From Verrucomicrobiia bacterium (lineage in GTDB: Bacteria > Chloroflexota > Dormibacteria > Dormibacterales > Dormibacteraceae): a DNA stretch of 30,678 nucleotides. The position numbers were made by a program, and so were the translations under genes. The notes below the pieces were generated by a model. That model ran no database searches. It worked only from the letters and a program-made list of their open reading frames with translations, and was not told the DNA's origin. Where the stretch lies: positions 1 through 30,678 of the forward strand of contig DATHDR010000090.1 in assembly GCA_035318965.1 (NCBI GenBank), written 5' to 3'. This document shows, in pieces, positions 25,583 through 30,678 of this stretch (its first letter is position 1; each line of letters opens with the position of its first letter).

Positions 25583-27433
25583 ATGGCGATAAGTCTCGAA
25601 GAAGCGGTCAAGCGGCGTCTGAAGGCCGTACCCGACGGACCTGGCGTTTACCTGTTTCGAGACAGCAAGACCCAGGTCATCTATGTCGGCAAGGCGCTGC
25701 GCCTGCGTGATCGCCTGCGCTCGTACTTCACGCCTGGCTACGCGCCGACCGCCCAGGTGGCCGAGCTCGTGCGAAAGGCGACGGACTTCGAGTTCGTCAC
25801 CACCGCCAACGAGGTGGAGGCGCTCGTCCTCGAGAACAGCCTCATCAAGAACTACAGGCCTCGTTTCAACATTCGACTCAAGGACGACAAGAACTATCTC
25901 TACCTGAAGCTTCCGATTACCGAGGAGTTCCCGCGCGTCCACTACTCGCGCCGGGTTCAAAACGACGGTGCCCAGTACTTTGGCCCTTACACCTCCGCCC
26001 AATCGCTGCGCGGAACGGTCAAGTCGATCCGCCAGCTTCTTCCTTTCCGGACGTGCTCGGACGAGATCTTCAAGCAAGGCAAGGTATGCCTGGACTTTCA
26101 TATCAAGCGTTGTCCGGGCCCGTGCGAGAGGCGCATCAGCCCGGAGGATTACAAAGCCCGAATCAACGAGGTTGCGCTCTTCATGGAGGGCCGCTCGGAT
26201 CTTCTCGTTCGTGAGCTCAAAGAGCGGATGGATGACGCGGCAGCCAGGCTCGATTTTGAGAATGCAGCGCGTTATCGCGATCAGCTCCAGTCGATCGAGC
26301 GCATCGCCGACCGCCAGAAGGTCCTCACGCACAGCCGCGACGACCAGGACCTGGTCGCCTATGCGCGTCACGGTCGCGAGGTGTTCGTGGAAGTTGCGTA
26401 TGTCCGGCAGGGCAAGATGGTCGGCCACGACGGGCATGCGCTGGATGGCGCCGCCGACGCGGCCGAGGGCGAGCTGCTGCGCGGCTTTCTGCTCCAGTAC
26501 TACGCGAGCGCGACGCACGTGCCGCGCACGGTGATCTTGCCCGGGCCCGTTGACGAACCCGACCTCCTGGCCGGGTGGTTGGGGCAGAAGCGAGGCGGCC
26601 CGGTCACGATTGAGATCCCTCAGCGCGGGCGCAAGAAGGCGCTGGTCGCGCAGCTGGCCGAGACTGCGGCCCAGGAGCTCGAGCAGCTGCGCATCCAGGC
26701 CGACTACGACCGCAGCAGGACCGAGCCGATGCTCGCCGCCCTTGCACAGGCGCTCGAGCTGGAGATCCCGCCGAAGCGGATCGAGTGCTACGACATCTCG
26801 AACATCCAGGGCGACTCAGCGGTAGGAGCGATGGTCGTGTTCGAAGACGGCCGTCCGCGCAACGATCACTATCGACACTTCAGGATCAAGTTCGTCCCGG
26901 GCCCCAACGACTTCGCGATGCTGCAGGAGGTGCTGCGTCGCAGGCTCGAGCGGCTCGAGTCGTCGCAGCGCCGCGAGGAAGCGGACGTGGTGGGCGACCG
27001 CTCGTTTACCAGCCGGCCGGACCTCATCCTGATCGACGGAGGCCGCGGCCAGCTGAGTGCTGCGCTCGAGGTGCTCGAGGCGGCGGGGTTCGCGGACATC
27101 CCGACCTTTGCGCTGGCCAAGGAGCGCGAGGAGATCTTCGCTCCGGGCCGCGCTGAGCCCATCGTCCAGGAACACAACTCGCCTGGCATGTTCCTGGTCC
27201 AGCGGATCCGCGACGAGGCTCATCGCTTTGCGATCACCCATCACCGCAAGGTTCGCTCGCGTAAGGCGCTGACGTCGCCGCTGGATTCGGTGGAGGGCAT
27301 CGGCCCGGCGCGCAAGCGCGCGCTCCTGCGACACTTCGGCTCCGTGCAAGCGATCCGGGACGCGCCCGTTGAGGACATCGTGAAGCTCGGCGTGCCGGAG
27401 CGCCTGGCGAAGCGTTTGAAAGAAACGCTGTGA
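25583..27433 (+). CDS. uvrC: Excinuclease ABC subunit C
   Basis: GIY-YIG domain (GVYLF..IYVGKA..R), Cys cluster (RTC..CLDFHIKRCPGPC), UVR domain, RNase-H-like domain (ECYDISN, LIDGG), HhH2 (GIGPARK). Confidence 0.98.
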   Translation: MAISLEEAVKRRLKAVPDGPGVYLFRDSKTQVIYVGKALRLRDRLRSYFTPGYAPTAQVAELVRKATDFEFVTTANEVEALVLENSLIKNYRPRFNIRLKDDKNYLYLKLPITEEFPRVHYSRRVQNDGAQYFGPYTSAQSLRGTVKSIRQLLPFRTCSDEIFKQGKVCLDFHIKRCPGPCERRISPEDYKARINEVALFMEGRSDLLVRELKERMDDAAARLDFENAARYRDQLQSIERIADRQKVLTHSRDDQDLVAYARHGREVFVEVAYVRQGKMVGHDGHALDGAADAAEGELLRGFLLQYYASATHVPRTVILPGPVDEPDLLAGWLGQKRGGPVTIEIPQRGRKKALVAQLAETAAQELEQLRIQADYDRSRTEPMLAALAQALELEIPPKRIECYDISNIQGDSAVGAMVVFEDGRPRNDHYRHFRIKFVPGPNDFAMLQEVLRRRLERLESSQRREEADVVGDRSFTSRPDLILIDGGRGQLSAALEVLEAAGFADIPTFALAKEREEIFAPGRAEPIVQEHNSPGMFLVQRIRDEAHRFAITHHRKVRSRKALTSPLDSVEGIGPARKRALLRHFGSVQAIRDAPVEDIVKLGVPERLAKRLKETL

Positions 27434-28101
27434 CTCTGGTCATCGTTGGCGGCGGGACCGAGCCCGAGCTTGAGGAGGGCCTGGGCGTCCTGCTCGACTC
27501 TGGCTTTCAGCTCGCGCGCTGGCTTTCGCCCTGGGACGAAGCCGACGCCGTGCTGCCGCTGCGGGGCGACGCGGTGTCGCTGCTGAAAGATGCGGACGCT
27601 CAAAACATCCAGTACGTGCTCGTTCACGTCGGCGCCGGTGATGGACGTGCCGGCGGCAGCCACGATCGTGCCCATCATCGAGTCGACGTTGCGCAGCTGC
27701 GCGAGCTGGCGCACCAGCTTCGCTCCCGAGAGCGCCTGCTCATCACGTGCCTCGCCTTCGGATACAAGAACGGCATCCCGGACGGCGCCTCGTGGGTCGT
27801 CGACGTCAGGCTGCTCGAGAACCCGTACTGGGTCGACGAGCTGCGGCCTCTCGACGGTCGCGATCCGCGCGTACGCGACTACGTGATCAAGCAGCCGGCG
27901 GCCCAGGAGCTGCTGGAAAACCTGGAGACGACGCTGCGCGCCGCGATCCCGCACTACCGCGAACGCGGCCGCTCTCATTTGACTGTCGCGTTTGGGTGCA
28001 CCGGTGGCAGGCAGAGGTCGGTGTCGATGGCGCGCGAGATGGCGGCTCGCCTCGAAAGCGTCGATGGCATCGACGTCGAGTTCACCGCCCGCGACATTTG
28101 A
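27430..28101 (+). CDS. rapZ: RapZ (YvcJ/YhbJ)-like protein with intact C-terminal domain but a shortened, Walker-A-less N-terminus
   Basis: AFGYKNGIP, DVRLL.NPYW..ELRPLDG.D..V.DYV, T.AFGCTGGRQRSV; directly after uvrC (GTGA overlap). N-terminus MTLVIVGGGTEPE lacks GxxGxGKS/T. Confidence 0.8.
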   Translation: MTLVIVGGGTEPELEEGLGVLLDSGFQLARWLSPWDEADAVLPLRGDAVSLLKDADAQNIQYVLVHVGAGDGRAGGSHDRAHHRVDVAQLRELAHQLRSRERLLITCLAFGYKNGIPDGASWVVDVRLLENPYWVDELRPLDGRDPRVRDYVIKQPAAQELLENLETTLRAAIPHYRERGRSHLTVAFGCTGGRQRSVSMAREMAARLESVDGIDVEFTARDI

Positions 28102-29039
28102 CCCGGGCGCTCGTGCTGGGCGGCGCGGGATTTATCGGAGTCGCCGCGTGCAAGGAGCTGATGCGCCGCGGCGTGGAGACCATCGCCGCCGGCCGGAAGG
28201 ATCGGCCTTACGGCGTGTTCACCAGCTATGTGACGATCGATCGGTTTGACGAGGAACAGCTAAAGCAAATGCTGGACTCGGTGCAGCCTGACGTCCTGCT
28301 GGACCTCGCGTGCTTCACGCCGGCGGAGGTCGAGGTGGCGATGCGAATTTTCGAAGGCGAGCGCTATGTCTTCGTTTCCACCGGCGTGTACCCGCACCTG
28401 AACGGCCGGCCCGCTCGCGAAGAGGACTTCATCCCGCTCGAGGGCGACCCGCCTGAAATGCTCGATTACCTCGAGGGCAAGCGCTGGTGCGAGACCGTCC
28501 TGGCGCGCAGTCACGACTTCCCATGGACGGTGATCCGGCCACCCGCCGTTTTCGGACCGGCCGATCACACCCTGCGCATCGCGGCGTACATCCAGCGGGT
28601 CGAGGACGGCGGTCCGGTTCTCGTGCCAGAGGAGTCTTATGAGCGGCAGGCCGGCCTGGCGTGGGTCAAGGACATCGGCTACGCGTGCGCGCTGGCTTGT
28701 GATCTACGCAAGGACCTGACGCGCAAGGCGTATAACGCGGCCTTCGATGGAGTGAGCGTGCGGGATCTCATCGAAGGCATCGCGCGGGCGACGGGCAAAT
28801 CCGCCCGCTTGCATCCGATGCCGTTCGAGCAGCTGCCGGACGGTGCGAGCCCCTACGGACCGGATCCGAGCCGATCCGCGGGATACGTTCTCGATCGAGC
28901 GCGGAAAGAGCTCGGTTTCGAGCCGTCGGCGCTCGAGGATGCGCTGGCCGAGACGCTTGCCTGGTACCGAGTCGCGCGGCCGTCGCATCCTGGCTATGCG
29001 AACCGAGCCAAGGAGCTCGCGCTTGCCGGCGCCGCGTGA
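28098..29039 (+). CDS. NAD-dependent epimerase/dehydratase family (atypical SDR)
   Basis: TTGA overlap start; VLGGAGFIG Rossmann motif, FVSTGVY, YLEGK (YxxxK), IRPP.VFGP. Confidence 0.88.
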   Translation: MTRALVLGGAGFIGVAACKELMRRGVETIAAGRKDRPYGVFTSYVTIDRFDEEQLKQMLDSVQPDVLLDLACFTPAEVEVAMRIFEGERYVFVSTGVYPHLNGRPAREEDFIPLEGDPPEMLDYLEGKRWCETVLARSHDFPWTVIRPPAVFGPADHTLRIAAYIQRVEDGGPVLVPEESYERQAGLAWVKDIGYACALACDLRKDLTRKAYNAAFDGVSVRDLIEGIARATGKSARLHPMPFEQLPDGASPYGPDPSRSAGYVLDRARKELGFEPSALEDALAETLAWYRVARPSHPGYANRAKELALAGAA

Positions 29040-30024
29040 GGTCCTCGCCGCCCGGCTGAGGTCCCAGGCCAATGCGTGCGCGGAGCTGGGTTCGCCCTTC
29101 TACGCGTCGCTCCTCGAATTCGCGGCCGCGGACCTGGAGGCGGGCGGTCCGGTCTGGGACGTGCTGGACGGCTATGAAGCCGAACACGAGTGGGCAGCTC
29201 TCGCGCTCCGCTTGATGGGCGCAGTCCACCGTCTGGTGCTAAATGAGACCCTGCCCGAGCTGGCGCCGCACTACCCGTCGGTCGGCGGAGACGGCGACGC
29301 GCCGGCCGCGTGGCCGCTCTTCAGACAGGCGCTGATCGACCACCCGGCAGAGATTGGCCGCCTGGTCTCGCGTGGATGTCAGACCAACGAGGTCGGCCGA
29401 AGCGCTTCTCTCCTGGGAGGCTTCCTCGAGGTGGCGCACCGCACCGGCTTGCCACTCCGCATTCTCGAGATCGGCGCCAGCGCCGGCCTCAACCTGCGCT
29501 GGGACCACTACCGATACGAATCAACAGAGGGCGCGTGGGGCGAACCCACTTCGCCCGTGCGCTTCGACCACGCTTTCGAGCTTTCACCGCCGCTCAACCG
29601 GTCAGCTGACGTGGTCGAACGGAAAGGGTGCGACCTCAATCCCGTGGATCCGACGTCGTCCGAGGGCGCGCTGACGCTTCGCTCCTTCATCTGGGCCGAC
29701 CAGCTGAGCCGCCTCTCGCTGCTGGATGGCGCGATCAAATGCGCCGAGGAGGTGCCGGCCGAGGTCGAGCGCATCGACGCCGCGGCGTTCCTCGAGCGCG
29801 AGCTGACGGCGCATCGCGCGGGGATGGCGACGGTCGTATACCACTCCGTGTTCATGCAGTACGTAGGCGCGGAGGGCCAGGAGCGGATCAAGCGAGCCGT
29901 CGCGAATGCTCCGGTCCACTATCTGACCATGGAGCCGGTCGAAGGAACCTTCGAAGTGCGGCTGGGGGGCGAGCTGCTCGGCACGTCGGGCCCGCATGGG
30001 ACGCACGTGCGATGGCTGCGATGA
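29023..30024 (+). CDS. DUF2332 family protein
   Basis: QA.AC..LGSPFY, LRL.G.VH.LVL, QTNEVGRSA, LEIGASAGLNLRWD, R.GCDL.P, YHSV..QY. TTG 29023 with AGGAG 7 nt upstream. Confidence 0.85.
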   Translation: MPAPREVLAARLRSQANACAELGSPFYASLLEFAAADLEAGGPVWDVLDGYEAEHEWAALALRLMGAVHRLVLNETLPELAPHYPSVGGDGDAPAAWPLFRQALIDHPAEIGRLVSRGCQTNEVGRSASLLGGFLEVAHRTGLPLRILEIGASAGLNLRWDHYRYESTEGAWGEPTSPVRFDHAFELSPPLNRSADVVERKGCDLNPVDPTSSEGALTLRSFIWADQLSRLSLLDGAIKCAEEVPAEVERIDAAAFLERELTAHRAGMATVVYHSVFMQYVGAEGQERIKRAVANAPVHYLTMEPVEGTFEVRLGGELLGTSGPHGTHVRWLR

Positions 30025-30678
30025 GGCGGTTCGCGCCGTACGCGGTCGCGATCGGCGGCGTGATCGCGATCACCGCGGCCATCGAGCTCATCAATTCGCT
30101 GGCGCCTATCCCGGGTCTCTCCGCTCTGTACCTGCTCCTGGTCCTTTGGCTCGGGGCGCGATGGGGAAGGGGCCCGGCGGTCGCCGGCAGCGTCGCCGCC
30201 TTCTTGCTCTACGACTTCTTCTTCGTTCCGCCTGTGGGCACTTTCTCAGTCAGAGGCCCCGCCGAGCTCCTCGAGCTCGTCGTCCTGCTCGCCGTCGCCC
30301 TGGTCACAAGCCAGCTGGCCGCCTCGCTTCGCCGCAGCCAGGCGCGGGCCCAGGCGCTCGCCGAGGAGTCACGAGCTCTCTACGAGCTGGCCGCGGCAGC
30401 TCTGCGCTCGTCGGATATCTCGGTGGCCCTTTCGATGCTGAGCCGGCGCGCCACCGAGCTGCGTGGCGTCGGCCGTTTCGCGTTGGTGGCCGTTGACTCG
30501 GGACAGCCCAGCGCCTTGGCCGGCAGCGAGCTGAGCGCCGGCGAGCTCAAGCAGGCGTTTTGGTCTCACGAGCACGATCGCCAGGTCGGCGTCTCAGTTC
30601 GCGACGGCGCGGTCAAGCGGGTGCGACCACATCCCGGCGCAACGGAACCGGCTTACCTTCCCCTGACCAGCGGCGTCG
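30021..30678 (+). CDS. KdpD-like sensor (DUF4118 four-TM domain plus coiled coil/GAF-like region), partial; runs off the right edge
   Basis: Not in the track. From ATG 30021 (ATGA overlap): MRRFAPYAVAIGG...LYLLLVLWLGARWG..PA..AS..AFLLYDFFFVPP.GTF, open to the window end. The kinase domain is not visible. Confidence 0.8.
   Translation, partial: MRRFAPYAVAIGGVIAITAAIELINSLAPIPGLSALYLLLVLWLGARWGRGPAVAGSVAAFLLYDFFFVPPVGTFSVRGPAELLELVVLLAVALVTSQLAASLRRSQARAQALAEESRALYELAAAALRSSDISVALSMLSRRATELRGVGRFALVAVDSGQPSALAGSELSAGELKQAFWSHEHDRQVGVSVRDGAVKRVRPHPGATEPAYLPLTSGV

Noticed and set aside
27430-27740. rapZ as a frameshifted pseudogene
   Set aside because: A single open frame with coupled start and stop, and no Walker A motif noticed in the other frames; treated as an intact variant pending comparison.
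27747-28097. Track extension of the SDR ORF upstream of 28098
   Set aside because: Overlaps rapZ; the Rossmann motif starts right after TTG 28098.
1-30678. CRISPR arrays, tRNA/rRNA, IS elements, prophage, known riboswitch classes
   Set aside because: No regularly spaced repeats, cloverleafs, transposase/integrase motifs or recognisable aptamer consensus seen; intergenic gaps are short. An Rfam/tRNAscan run would be needed to exclude them formally.

Overview
High-GC bacterial chromosomal window, densely coding and mostly housekeeping. No rRNA, tRNA, CRISPR array, transposase or prophage was recognised. A Gram-positive-type LexA box, a DUF222 gene and many apparently leaderless promoters suggest a monoderm-type soil lineage (Actinomycetota, Chloroflexota or Dormibacterota-like; inference only). 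Gene order: partial LexA-controlled DUF222 gene, VOC protein, secreted protein, rsgA-family GTPase with a uORF-containing structured leader, enoyl-CoA hydratase/aldehyde dehydrogenase, small membrane protein, DksA/TraR, lipoprotein, SCP2, MBL hydrolase, DegV/MgtC/DUF151, polA-mutM-PAP2-cutA, MacB-like fused ABC transporter, moeA, an unlisted CsbD-like gene, SOS-boxed uvrB-paaI-paaI-uvrA, MFS, DUF4190, then a coupled uvrC-rapZ(variant)-SDR-DUF2332-KdpD-like run that leaves the window. Best leads: (1) a candidate ribosome-sensing translational attenuator upstream of rsgA (19-aa uORF plus mutually exclusive anti-SD pairings); (2) a RapZ homolog that has lost its P-loop and sits in a non-canonical operon; (3) a compact SOS architecture with LexA boxes at the DUF222 gene and uvrB. 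All start sites and family calls come from motif reading by eye; no searches were run.
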